From positions 1 to 38,306 of the IMG/VR virus record IMGVR_UViG_3300033406_000020: a DNA stretch of 38,306 bases; one strand, 5' to 3'. The stretch comes from a virus. Lineage: Duplodnaviria; Caudoviricetes. Under the pieces are notes generated by a model. It had not been told where the DNA came from, did no database searches, and saw only the letters and a program-made list of their open reading frames with translations. Below are positions 9,606 through 18,591 of this stretch, piece by piece. The position numbers were made by a program, and so were the translations under genes. Position 1 is the stretch's first letter, and every line of letters starts with the position of its first letter.

Positions 9606-9859
9606 TAGGGATTCATGGCCTTGGCTTTGTCACGCAAAGGGATCAGCTCAGTGGCGCCGTAGCGCTCAAGCTCTTTCGCCGAGCAGTCACACATTCGCGC
9701 CACATCGTCCAGGCTGCAGTCGTCAAAAACAAAGTGACGCAGCGGGTCGACCGGCGCACCGGCCTCCACTTCCTTCGCCCAGGTGCGGACCTCTTCGACC
9801 GCCAGTTCCCTGACGGTGACGACGAGGCCCTTGAGCGGAACGGTGTTTTCCGCAGCCAT
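9521..9859 (-). CDS. Tail assembly chaperone (gpG-like)
   Basis: 112 aa between the major tail and tape measure genes. Confidence 0.7.
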   Translation of the reverse strand: MAAENTVPLKGLVVTVRELAVEEVRTWAKEVEAGAPVDPLRHFVFDDCSLDDVARMCDCSAKELERYGATELIPLRDKAKAMNPYFFRVRGVLLGTSQTLQVAAEQQILMPS

Positions 9860-9862
9860 GGC

Positions 9863-10633
9863 TTATTCGGCGCTCGTGCGCTTGTAATACTTGCTATTGT
9901 CAGCGCCGACGATCGTGGCATCCTTCTCGATCGTGTATTCGATCAACAATTCGCCGAACTGGCCGTTGCCGATGCTGCTGAGCTGCTTGATGGCGCCGAC
10001 ACGAGCCTTGTAGATCCGGTCGCTGCAGGGCTTGCCGTCGACCGAGTTCTGTCCGACGCACATGATCGAGATCAGCGGCGCAGCCTGGACAAGGGCGTCG
10101 ATGTCGTACTGCACAAGCGGCGTGTAGTCATAGGTAATGGCGTCCTTATCGGCGACGCCGGAAGTGGTTAGCGTGGCGTTGAAGATGATTCCGCCGCCGT
10201 TTTCCTCGAGGATGTAATCATCCGTGTCAATGACCGTTGCACCTTTCTTGACAACCACAGCCTTGGTTATATCGATCAAGTGATCGGCCGGCACGAAACG
10301 CCCGACGTGCAACTTGTGCACTTCGCCGGTAACGGCCGTGTCATCGATATCGGTACTCTTGCCCCACAGCGCGATCGCCAGTGTTTCCTTACTCATGTGG
10401 CGCATCTTCAAGGTCCCGCCTGCGCTCTGAACCTTGCGCATAGACCGATCGATGCCGCCGGCAGGGTCTCGGGAATCGGGCAAATCGACAACGCTTTCAG
10501 TCACGGAATAATCAAGCTGATCCGAGTTCCCGGTGTCGAAGAAGCCCCGGCTGGAAAACGGGACAGCAGCGTCGTAAAGGGCAATACGCACGGTGCCGCT
10601 ATTGGAAAAGGCAGTGGTCTGATTCATGGTCAT
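9863..10633 (-). CDS. Major tail tube protein
   Basis: 256 aa, upstream of chaperone and tape measure genes, tube-like composition. Confidence 0.75.
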   Translation of the reverse strand: MTMNQTTAFSNSGTVRIALYDAAVPFSSRGFFDTGNSDQLDYSVTESVVDLPDSRDPAGGIDRSMRKVQSAGGTLKMRHMSKETLAIALWGKSTDIDDTAVTGEVHKLHVGRFVPADHLIDITKAVVVKKGATVIDTDDYILEENGGGIIFNATLTTSGVADKDAITYDYTPLVQYDIDALVQAAPLISIMCVGQNSVDGKPCSDRIYKARVGAIKQLSSIGNGQFGELLIEYTIEKDATIVGADNSKYYKRTSAE

Positions 10634-11094
10634 CCTCGGTCGAAAATGCCCGGCAAGTCCGAGCGGGTGTGATAGATGCAGCTAACGCGAATCCGCCAGC
10701 CGCAGACAGGCTTCTGCAACGATTCGGAATCGGAAAAGAAGGTGGCGCTCGGCCGCAATATCGGCATATTGAGAAGGCCGTTCAACTTGATGGCGCCCTT
10801 ACTCCCGAACAGCCGGCTCTCCACTGCGCCATGCAGATCGCCGAGCAGCGGCAGGCTGGTCTCAGCGGTGGCCATTACGAGGGGGATCACGTCGAACTGC
10901 AGCTCGTGCGTTTCGGTACGCGGCCATAAGCCGACAACTTCCTTGGTCTCGTCGGCGATGTCGTCAATGACGATGCAGTCGAGATCCGATTCGTCGAGCA
11001 GATGAAAGGGTTTGCGATGGACGCCGAGCGATCCGGCAATGCCGGCCAGCTGGCTTTCGACGGCAGCGAGAATCTGATCGATGGCGTGCGTCAT
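10630..11094 (-). CDS. Tail terminator/completion protein (gpU-like)
   Basis: MTHAIDQILAAVESQLAG..., ATGA overlaps at both ends, acidic, 154 aa, before the tail tube gene. Confidence 0.6.
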   Translation of the reverse strand: MTHAIDQILAAVESQLAGIAGSLGVHRKPFHLLDESDLDCIVIDDIADETKEVVGLWPRTETHELQFDVIPLVMATAETSLPLLGDLHGAVESRLFGSKGAIKLNGLLNMPILRPSATFFSDSESLQKPVCGWRIRVSCIYHTRSDLPGIFDRG

Positions 11095-11354
11095 TGTTCG
11101 GTCAGCTCCAGGGTGACGACGCCGTGTTCGTTGAACGGCGGGCGGGTGACCTTGAATGTCTTGCCGCGCGCCACGACCAGGCTGCCCTTGCTGACCACCG
11201 TGCCGGCCGGCACCTGGATCAGCGTGCCCTGCCCGCCGACAATGCCGAGCGCCGTGGCGATCTCGACGTCGACCAGAGCCTTGACCGACACGCCGTCGAC
11301 CGTGATGGCCTCGGCAAAGTCGGTGAAAAACAGGGTGGCGTCGTTGAAGTTCAT
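11091..11354 (-). CDS. Head-tail joining protein (gpFII-like)
   Basis: MNFNDATLFFTDFAEAITVDGVSVKALVD..., 87-aa beta-rich protein, first gene of the tail operon. Confidence 0.65.
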   Translation of the reverse strand: MNFNDATLFFTDFAEAITVDGVSVKALVDVEIATALGIVGGQGTLIQVPAGTVVSKGSLVVARGKTFKVTRPPFNEHGVVTLELTEQ

Positions 11355-11360
11355 GGCCGA

Positions 11361-11404
11361 AGTTTGGCGGCGACAAGCCCCCAAAACTAGGCAAGAAATT
11401 TCCC
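11361..11404 (-). promoter_or_regulatory. Putative late promoter 1 (21-bp motif plus -10)
   Basis: GGGAAATTTCTTGCCTAGTTT (11404-11384), CAAACT 20 nt after CCTAG, ATG 6 nt further. Confidence 0.7.
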
Positions 11405-11417
11405 CGGCCAGCAATGC

Positions 11418-11438
11418 AAAACCCCGCCGAAGCGGGGT
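11418..11438 (-). terminator. Rho-independent terminator ending the head operon
   Basis: ACCCCGC-TTCG-GCGGGGT followed by TTT on the minus strand. Confidence 0.7.
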
Positions 11439-11779
11439 CAGAAGGTGATCAGACGTGTGGACTTTCGCTTGCCCACGAACTTCCTGGGCGGCCACCTTCG
11501 CCGCACCCGGGCCAGCGGCACATACTCGACCAGGTGCAGCGCCGGCCGGTGCTCGACCCCTGCCCCTTTGAGAACGGCAACATGCGGAAACCAGCCGCTC
11601 AGCGACTTGTGAATCAGCAGGCCGTCGCCCTGGGCATACTCGAAATTCCGCACCGCCCAGGTCGCACAGTTATCGAGCCGCGCCAACCCCAGCCACCGCC
11701 GCACCACACCCTCCGCCAGCCAGTAGAGGACAGCGAAGGCGAGGAAGACGGCGGCGAGGATGCGAGCGGCGTTGATCAT
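11438..11779 (-). CDS. Hypothetical protein with N-terminal hydrophobic segment
   Basis: 113 aa, ends at the terminator hairpin. Confidence 0.6.
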   Translation of the reverse strand: MINAARILAAVFLAFAVLYWLAEGVVRRWLGLARLDNCATWAVRNFEYAQGDGLLIHKSLSGWFPHVAVLKGAGVEHRPALHLVEYVPLARVRRRWPPRKFVGKRKSTRLITF

Positions 11780-11800
11780 TGTGCTGAGGGGATTAGAAAA

Positions 11801-13186
11801 TCAGGCGAACACTGTTTGCGCGACCGGAACCAGCTTAATTGTGCCGCTACTATCCGGGTGCGTGCCGTCCGTTGTGTCCGTTGCATCAAGCCATGTTCCG
11901 GTTGCTGCATTTTCGTCGCTGAGAGTGCCGGCAACATCGAACAGGCGGCAGAATCCGGACGAGGCAAGCTGTCGGCAATACGCATTGATTGCTTTGGCTT
12001 GGCTATAGGCCGTTCCGGTCATCCCTGTTGGGTACTGGAACGTAGCCAGCACTGGCTCAATGCCATGCTCGAAGCACGTATCGAGGAAGATCATGATCTG
12101 ACCCTTTAGGCGATTGATGTAAGCATCCGTTCCGTAATCACCATCAGTCGAATCGTTGGTCGAAAATGGACCGTAGCAGGCCATATCGTATCGATCCCCG
12201 CGAGCGATTGCAGCAATGAATCGACTCAGACTAACGCTGGTTTTGCTGCTTGGCTGCGCCTCGTTGACGAACTGGTAGCACACACTGTCCGTCGTCATTG
12301 CGAACTGAGCCTGCCACGCCCAGCCGAGTTTTGCGCCGTCTGCCGTGCCTGAAATGGTAGAGCCGCCAAACAGACCTATGCGGCGCATCTGTGCGTCGGT
12401 GTAGGCAACAATCGAAATCGGAGCCCCTGCGTCAACATTGGTTACAGCATTCAGCAGGGCCACATCGGTAACACCGTCGACGTTTGTCTGGTAGCTGGTC
12501 CGAAATCCCTTGGTTGTGATGTTGTCTCCAACGACGCCACCGGGCGGGTTAAAGCGGGTATTGTTGCCGACTGCGCAGTATGTGCGCAGCGCGAGGATTG
12601 CGCCGCCCAGATAATCCTTGGATGGCGAATAGACAATATCCGAATCCACGACGCCAGCCACATGCTGCGGCAATGTCCCGGATGCGGCAGGGACTGCGAC
12701 GGTAGCCGCCCCGGAAAACGTCGGCTTATCCCACGTTTTGTCGGAATACAGCCCGTCGCCAAGGACATCGCTCGAATACACCGCGCAGCCGTAGGTGACG
12801 GCTGCCGTGTGCGCATTGTGCAAGCGAGCCTTGTACGCAGCCCAGCGGACGCCCGGCAACACAAATGCTGAGTGTCGAGTGATCAACGCCGTTGCGGACA
12901 GCGCCATGTTGCCGATAGGCATGATGTTGCTGCGGCAACGGTTGTTCGGGCCGAGCGGCAATGTGGTCTTACCGGCCACCTGATTTCTAATCTTCCCGGT
13001 GACAGGATCAACCTTCCCCCTCAGCTCAACCCCTTGATCCAGGGCGAGCCCCGGCTTGCTTATCCATACCGCCTTGTTTTGCGCGACCAGGTCGGCCTCA
13101 ACATCTGGCGTCAGGGTAAGCGTGGCGCCGTCGACCGGGACGTGCTGCTTGTTGAGCTGGATCGCTTCAATCAGGCGGATGGACAT
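11801..13186 (-). CDS. SGNH/GDSL hydrolase-domain protein in the head module
   Basis: Block I-like IGLFGGSTISG, block III-like FSTND and block V DGTHP. Confidence 0.75.
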   Translation of the reverse strand: MSIRLIEAIQLNKQHVPVDGATLTLTPDVEADLVAQNKAVWISKPGLALDQGVELRGKVDPVTGKIRNQVAGKTTLPLGPNNRCRSNIMPIGNMALSATALITRHSAFVLPGVRWAAYKARLHNAHTAAVTYGCAVYSSDVLGDGLYSDKTWDKPTFSGAATVAVPAASGTLPQHVAGVVDSDIVYSPSKDYLGGAILALRTYCAVGNNTRFNPPGGVVGDNITTKGFRTSYQTNVDGVTDVALLNAVTNVDAGAPISIVAYTDAQMRRIGLFGGSTISGTADGAKLGWAWQAQFAMTTDSVCYQFVNEAQPSSKTSVSLSRFIAAIARGDRYDMACYGPFSTNDSTDGDYGTDAYINRLKGQIMIFLDTCFEHGIEPVLATFQYPTGMTGTAYSQAKAINAYCRQLASSGFCRLFDVAGTLSDENAATGTWLDATDTTDGTHPDSSGTIKLVPVAQTVFA

Positions 13187-13189
13187 GGC

Positions 13190-13444
13190 TTAACCCTTCT
13201 TATCGGCTTCGGCGGCCTTGGCAGCAGCCAGGTCTTTTGCGGCCTTGAGGATCTCGGGCGAGGCGGTGAGGCGGCCGTCCTTGTTCGGGTCGTCGGCCTT
13301 GGCGACGTAGAGGCCACGGCCGATCGTGGTGATGATGCGGGCGTTTTCCTTGTTCATGTCGACGACTTCGCCGGCATCGACATGGACGGCACCACGGTCG
13401 TCGCCGTGATTGACTTGGGTGCTTTCGGTGATCAGAACTTTCAT
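13190..13444 (-). CDS. Small capsid-associated hypothetical protein
   Basis: 84 aa directly after the capsid gene, AAGGA RBS. Confidence 0.65.
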   Translation of the reverse strand: MKVLITESTQVNHGDDRGAVHVDAGEVVDMNKENARIITTIGRGLYVAKADDPNKDGRLTASPEILKAAKDLAAAKAAEADKKG

Positions 13445-13523
13445 GATTTTTCCTTTTCGGGGTTTCGTCGCCCCAGGGCAGCCATTGCCGCCCTGGGGAT
13501 ATCACTGCGGCGGCGGGGGTGTA

Positions 13524-15656
13524 TCAGGTGGTCAGGATGTCTTTGCAGGCTGCAAAGCTGGCCGGGCGGCGGGCGTTGAAGTCATAGTCCTGCAGGGCAA
13601 CGACGCGCTTGGTACCGCTGGCCGAACCGGTGTAGGGGTCGAGGATCAGATCGAGGCCGCCCCACAGGCCGAGCATCAGGTCGGGCCAGTAGCCGTAGGC
13701 CATGGCCGAGCAAATGCCGGCGGCGCTACCCTTGGTCAGGTTGGACGGCACGCTGTTGCTGACATAGGCTTCATAGCCGAGCAGCTCGCCGATACCGCGC
13801 TGACCCGGCATGCTGGTCCAGACCGCTTTGCCGTTGGTGCTGGCGAACTCCTGCGTCTTGCGCAGCTTGCCGCGTACCTTGGTGTTCGTCAGGAAAGACA
13901 TCTGGCCGACGTCGGCGTTGGCGTTGGCGACGGCGGTTTCGAGGTCGACCAGCATGTCATAGGTCGGCGCGCCGCCGTTGGCGCCGAGGGCGACCGAGCC
14001 GATGCCGCTCATGTTGAACAGGCCGAGCGATTCACCGCCCGAACCGGCACCGAACAGGCCGGCGTACTGCAGGCCCTGGGCGGCTTGGATGGCGACGTCG
14101 GCACGGACAAACGCTTCAACGTCCATCGAGGCTTGCAGCAGCAGGCGGCGGGAATAGTCGGTCAGCACACCGATGGTCTTCGGGGACATCGTGACTTGGC
14201 CGAACACAGCCTGGGATTCAGTCACCGCGCCGTTTTCCGCAACGAAGTAGTACGAGGCAGCGCCGGTCTGCGACGGGATCGCGATGTTGCCGTTCAGGCC
14301 GGTCAGGATGGTGATGCCCAGCTGGTCGAGCACCAGCGCATTGCGCAGGAGGTCGATAAAGCTGGAGCCGAGCAGCTCGGTGGCGACAACGTTACCGCCG
14401 GCCGTCGAGGTGCCCGCGACCAGGTCACGGTAGTAGGATTCCATTTCCTTGCCGCTACGGGCAGCGCGGGCGAGCAGGCGCTGGGCCACAGCCTTGGCGG
14501 CATCGTCGTTGATCGACATGCCACGGGCCAGAACTTCCGGCGGAACGATCATGGCACCTTCCCGTTCCTTCAAGCGCGTATCGCTGGCATCGCGCTTGTC
14601 GCGAGCGGCCACGGCGCACTCGTATTCAAACGGGGCCAGCTCGCGGGCGCGGTGCGGTTCGGCAGCGGCCAACAGGGCGCGGCAGAAACTAAACTGCTTG
14701 ATCTCGCGTTCCGACAGGCCGATTTCCGGCGACTCGGCCATGCGGATCTTGCCGGTGTCCTTCATCTTGCCGAGCACTATGGCGCGGAAAGCATCGACGG
14801 ACATGCCGCTGTCGATGGCGGCATCGGTCTCTTCGCCGATATCGAACTGGCGACCCATGGCGCGGATCTCTTTGGCGCGCTCGCGCTCGATAGCCAGCGG
14901 GTCGGTTTGGGTGGCGGTGGTGCCAGCCGCCGGGGCATTTACACGGGTATTCATGCTGCGGTCTCCTTCGGAGGGTTGTTTGCCCACGGCGGACGGGGCG
15001 GGAAGATCAATCACGCGATAGCGTGCTTGGGGGTTTTTCGGGTCGGGGGAATCGAGGCTGCGGCCGAGGCCGATGGTGGCGTCGGCGGGAATATCGACGA
15101 GGCTCAGCTCGAACGGCTCCCAGGCGGTAACGCGGTACTCGTCGGCCTCGCCATCCTTGCCCTGGCGGACGAGCACACGCTCGTTGATGATGTAGCCGAC
15201 CGATACATTGCGGACCAGGTTGTCGGCGATGTCTTGCCGCAGGTCGGCCAGGGCTTCGCGGCGGCTGATGATGATGTCCGCTTCCATGCGGCCACCGGCC
15301 AGCGAGGCGCTTTCAATGGCGCCGATGCCGGCCAGCGGCGTATCGCCGATAGCCTTGTAGCGGTCGTGGTTGGCGAGGACGACGCCGGCTCCGGTCTGGA
15401 AGCGGGTCAGGTCGCATTCGCCCTCTTTGTGGCCGAGGACTTCGATCCACGGGTCATCCCACCAGCTGTTGCGCAGGTAGGGGATTTCGGACGAAACGGA
15501 AATGTGCAGACGCAGCAGGCCGTCGTCGGCCGGTTCGTCGCTTCCCTCGGCCGGCGGCTCGGCCGCGCGAATGGTGATGGTGGCCGGCAGTTGGCGGTAC
15601 AGCTGGCCTTCAACGCGCTGGCGTTTGACTTCAGTGGTTTCGGTGGCGGTCGTCAT
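13524..15656 (-). CDS. Fused prohead protease (HK97-type) and major capsid protein
   Basis: N-terminal protease motifs (VLANHD, VSVGY, PFELSLVDIPAD) and a C-terminal HK97-fold capsid domain (FVAENGAVTES, VTMSPKTIG, DPYT). Confidence 0.9.
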   Translation of the reverse strand: MTTATETTEVKRQRVEGQLYRQLPATITIRAAEPPAEGSDEPADDGLLRLHISVSSEIPYLRNSWWDDPWIEVLGHKEGECDLTRFQTGAGVVLANHDRYKAIGDTPLAGIGAIESASLAGGRMEADIIISRREALADLRQDIADNLVRNVSVGYIINERVLVRQGKDGEADEYRVTAWEPFELSLVDIPADATIGLGRSLDSPDPKNPQARYRVIDLPAPSAVGKQPSEGDRSMNTRVNAPAAGTTATQTDPLAIERERAKEIRAMGRQFDIGEETDAAIDSGMSVDAFRAIVLGKMKDTGKIRMAESPEIGLSEREIKQFSFCRALLAAAEPHRARELAPFEYECAVAARDKRDASDTRLKEREGAMIVPPEVLARGMSINDDAAKAVAQRLLARAARSGKEMESYYRDLVAGTSTAGGNVVATELLGSSFIDLLRNALVLDQLGITILTGLNGNIAIPSQTGAASYYFVAENGAVTESQAVFGQVTMSPKTIGVLTDYSRRLLLQASMDVEAFVRADVAIQAAQGLQYAGLFGAGSGGESLGLFNMSGIGSVALGANGGAPTYDMLVDLETAVANANADVGQMSFLTNTKVRGKLRKTQEFASTNGKAVWTSMPGQRGIGELLGYEAYVSNSVPSNLTKGSAAGICSAMAYGYWPDLMLGLWGGLDLILDPYTGSASGTKRVVALQDYDFNARRPASFAACKDILTT

Positions 15657-15662
15657 GGGCGT

Positions 15663-15706
15663 AGTCTCTTTTTTCCAGGGGGTCAAAACTAGGCAAGAAA
15701 TTTCCC
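15663..15706 (-). promoter_or_regulatory. Putative late promoter 2
   Basis: Same 21-bp motif (15706-15686), GAGACT 20 nt after CCTAG, ATG 15656 6 nt further. Confidence 0.7.
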
Positions 15707-17296
15707 TTGCGCGCTTTCATCCGTTGCGGTGGCGGCGGTCTGTGCGGCTTGGTTGGCGGTCTGGATCGGGCCGTAGAGCTTGTCTTCTTCGGCGATCTCG
15801 GCGGCGATCTCGTCGGGGTCGCCATCGCCGGTGGCGAGGATGATCCGGCGCCGGCTGCTCAGCTTCAGGCGCAGCTTGAGTTCGTTGGCCAGCTGTTCCT
15901 TGACCGGATCGATACCGGTCCAGCGGCGCGGCTGCCAGGTGGCAGCGGCGAGGTATTCAGCCAGGCGCGCCATCTTCAGGCCCGGGGTCTTGAGGATCAG
16001 GTAGGGCAGCACGGCTTCGAAGACCGGCTTATGCAGCCACTCCCGATGCTTGCCCTGAACCGTCTGGTAGTGCTCGCGCTCGGCCACGATGCCGACCTGG
16101 GCGCTGGAGTAATTGACGGCTTCCAGGTCATTGCCGACCGACACGTAGGAAATGCCGCGGGCAGCAGCCCAGCCGCGAATGTTGCTCTTGATGTAGCCCT
16201 CGGCACTGATCTCCGGCCACTTGCTTTCGAAGGCCTTGAAGTCGTAACCCACCGGCAGGGTGTCGAACTGGCCGGGCATGGTCGTCGCGTACTTTTCGGC
16301 GGCGTCGGTGATGGTCTTGATCTCGTCGGCCGAGAGCACTTTGCCGGCTGCCTTTGCCGCTTCGAGCACACTGGAAACGATGGCGTCACCGAAGCCGACC
16401 GGGGCCTCGCCGGTCGGGCTGTAGAAGAAGCCTTGCCGCTTGGCGGCATTGGTGCTGGCAACAGCGGCGGACTCTTCAAAGTCGTGCAACATCCAGAGCC
16501 GGCGGGCGCCGGCCGATAGCCAGGGGTAGCCCCGAAGCTGGCCGGTTTCGCGGACCAGGAAGCGATGATGAATCTGGTCGGCCGGGACACGGACATGACG
16601 ACCGATGGTGACCAGGTCGCTCGAACTGTCGCCCGCCTTCGCCATGCGCAGCCAGAGGGCCATCACTCGGCCGTCGTCATTGACTTCGACGCCCATGCGC
16701 ACGCGGTTGCCGGCATAGTCGCGGTGCAGGCTGACATCGAGCAGGTCGGCAGGGATCAGCTGAATCTGGAACCCGTAGGGGCCAACCCCCGGGCGATGGC
16801 GATAGATGAACTCGCCATCGGTCGGCAAGGCACTGAGGCTCAGGCTCTCGGCGGTGCGCCAGCTATAGCCGGCGACATCAGCTTCCTTGCCCCACTTCTC
16901 CCAGGCAGATTCGAGCAGGGCATTGGTGGCGGTATCGGCCTTGCCGTCCTTCAGCTTGAGGCGCATCTGCAGGCGGATACCGTTCTCGCCCAGGACGTTG
17001 TCGTCCAGCTTGATCAGGTAGTTGGTCGCCCATTCGTCGTTGCGGCCCTGGGCCCGGGCACGCGAGCGCAGGATCGGCAGCTGGCGGGCAAGGTCTTCGT
17101 TGATATGGGCGGCCGTGGTCGGCCAGGAGTCCGTCCAGGCCGGCGTCTCGGCCGCCTCGAAACTGCGCCGGGCCTCGCGGATCTCCCCGATCTGGCGGCT
17201 GATGATGGACTCGCCCGCCGAACGGATGGCGCTGCTGATCCATTCCTGACGATCGGCGGCGGATTCGCGGGCAAAGAAACGATTGAGCAGACCCAT
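15689..17296 (-). CDS. Portal protein, lambda family
   Basis: LRSRAR, GQLRGYPWL and DLEAVNYSSA motifs; 535 aa. Confidence 0.92.
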   Translation of the reverse strand: MGLLNRFFARESAADRQEWISSAIRSAGESIISRQIGEIREARRSFEAAETPAWTDSWPTTAAHINEDLARQLPILRSRARAQGRNDEWATNYLIKLDDNVLGENGIRLQMRLKLKDGKADTATNALLESAWEKWGKEADVAGYSWRTAESLSLSALPTDGEFIYRHRPGVGPYGFQIQLIPADLLDVSLHRDYAGNRVRMGVEVNDDGRVMALWLRMAKAGDSSSDLVTIGRHVRVPADQIHHRFLVRETGQLRGYPWLSAGARRLWMLHDFEESAAVASTNAAKRQGFFYSPTGEAPVGFGDAIVSSVLEAAKAAGKVLSADEIKTITDAAEKYATTMPGQFDTLPVGYDFKAFESKWPEISAEGYIKSNIRGWAAARGISYVSVGNDLEAVNYSSAQVGIVAEREHYQTVQGKHREWLHKPVFEAVLPYLILKTPGLKMARLAEYLAAATWQPRRWTGIDPVKEQLANELKLRLKLSSRRRIILATGDGDPDEIAAEIAEEDKLYGPIQTANQAAQTAATATDESAQGKFLA

Positions 17297-17299
17297 GGC

Positions 17300-17851
17300 T
17301 TAGCCCCGGTAAAAGACGCGGCCCGGCGGGCTGCCACCAGCGAGCAAGGCGGCGCGCGCCCGCTCGGCGGTCACCAGGCGTTTGTAGTGATTGATGAGGT
17401 CGGTGATTTCCTGGACGCTGCGGAATGTCATCGTGCGTCCGGCGATGGTGTAGCCGGCGACATGCAACTGGCCTTGGGCCAGGCACTCGGCAAGCGCGGC
17501 CTCGGCATCGGCCAGGGCCTTCTCATTCGGCGAGCGGGCATCGTGCGAAGTGGCTTGCGTCAGATCCGGCAGGATCGTCAGCGGCTGGCTGCCAAGCGTA
17601 GTTTTCAAGAGGCCACGCTCAACCCACTTGACCAGCGTTGCGGCACCCGCTGCCCAGGCTGCCGTCATTGCGGCGGCCAGATCAACCCGGAAATGGTCAC
17701 CCTCGACCGTGGCGGAGATGTCGACCGGGCTGCTGCCGGTCGGCCAGATCAGCCGATACTTAACCGACCAGCCCTCGTCCGGCGGTGTATCCGGCAGGGA
17801 GGTCGTCCAGCTGGCCGAGTCGCCAGCGCGCAAAGTGGTAGGTTCGTCCAT
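17300..17851 (-). CDS. Head completion protein with gpW-like C-terminus
   Basis: C-terminal VAGYTIAGRTMTFRSVQEITDLINHYKRLV, directly upstream of portal. Confidence 0.7.
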   Translation of the reverse strand: MDEPTTLRAGDSASWTTSLPDTPPDEGWSVKYRLIWPTGSSPVDISATVEGDHFRVDLAAAMTAAWAAGAATLVKWVERGLLKTTLGSQPLTILPDLTQATSHDARSPNEKALADAEAALAECLAQGQLHVAGYTIAGRTMTFRSVQEITDLINHYKRLVTAERARAALLAGGSPPGRVFYRG

Positions 17852-17858
17852 GCGGGGC

Positions 17859-17902
17859 AGTTTGTCCGCATGGGCGGGGTGAAACTAGGCAAGAAATTTC
17901 CC
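17859..17902 (-). promoter_or_regulatory. Putative late promoter 3
   Basis: Same 21-bp motif (17902-17882), CAAACT 20 nt after CCTAG, ATG 17851 7 nt further. Confidence 0.7.
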
Positions 17903-18580
17903 TAGGGGCTTGAACTCGATGACCCAGACCCAGGGGTTTGCGGCCCAGTCGCCGCCGGTGGTTTCCCATATGTGCCGGAAGTGCTCGGCCGGGGTGGCGC
18001 TGTAGCCGTAGCCGGGAATGGCGCCATGCCCACCAGGGCAGCCCTCTGCTATGCAGTCGTTTTCGCTGATGTCGTTCAGCCGCTCCACCCGGACGCCGGC
18101 AATCTCAAGCGTGATGCGGCTGGCCCAGCGCGGCATATGGATGGATGGTCGCCAGCGGCGATCACGGGCGCGATTGTCGATGCGGTAATTCTCGTCGCGA
18201 GAGAGGAATTCCCATACATCGACCAGCTTATCGGCCCACGCTTCGTTACCCGGCTCCGGCCAAGTTGTCGCGTTGTCGGCATGCAAGCGAATGCAGGGTT
18301 CGCCCTCATCATTCCAGTCGTAGTATTGCCATGTCTCGCGGACCCAAAGCCGATTGCCGGGCTGGCCGTAGGGGCAGAACTGCAGAAGTTGCGCCCAGGC
18401 CGCGACAGTCGTGTGGCGAGCATTCACCCGGTAGTTGATGCCTTTGTGGTCGAACGCGTAAAAATCTCCATCGCCGAGCCGCTGCAGGTCTTGCTTCACA
18501 ACCCGCCGCGTCTGCGTCTTTCGGCCTTCGAGGATCGCGCGCACCATCGCTGCATTGAAAAGGATTGGACGTTCTTTCAT
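17885..18580 (-). CDS. ASCH/PUA-like phage protein
   Basis: MKERPILFNAAMVRAILEGRKTQTRR, RLWVRETW, WRPSIHMPRWASRITLEI and NPWVWVIEF; a conserved phage family. Confidence 0.8.
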   Translation of the reverse strand: MKERPILFNAAMVRAILEGRKTQTRRVVKQDLQRLGDGDFYAFDHKGINYRVNARHTTVAAWAQLLQFCPYGQPGNRLWVRETWQYYDWNDEGEPCIRLHADNATTWPEPGNEAWADKLVDVWEFLSRDENYRIDNRARDRRWRPSIHMPRWASRITLEIAGVRVERLNDISENDCIAEGCPGGHGAIPGYGYSATPAEHFRHIWETTGGDWAANPWVWVIEFKPLGKFLA

Positions 18581-18591
18581 GGCACTTCCTT

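Noticed and set aside
11861-11871. CGTGCCGTCCG match to the TR 3' end within the SGNH gene
   Set aside because: Only 11 bp, antisense to the gene, with no flanking similarity.
13471-13498. GC hairpin after the capsid gene as a terminator
   Set aside because: No U tract directly follows on the coding strand, so it is more likely a stabilising or pausing hairpin.
13410-15692. 760-aa plus-strand ORF, and similar long ORFs at 7826-9196, 16565-17905 and 34140-35120
   Set aside because: These are antisense shadows of real high-GC genes, with no recognisable motifs.
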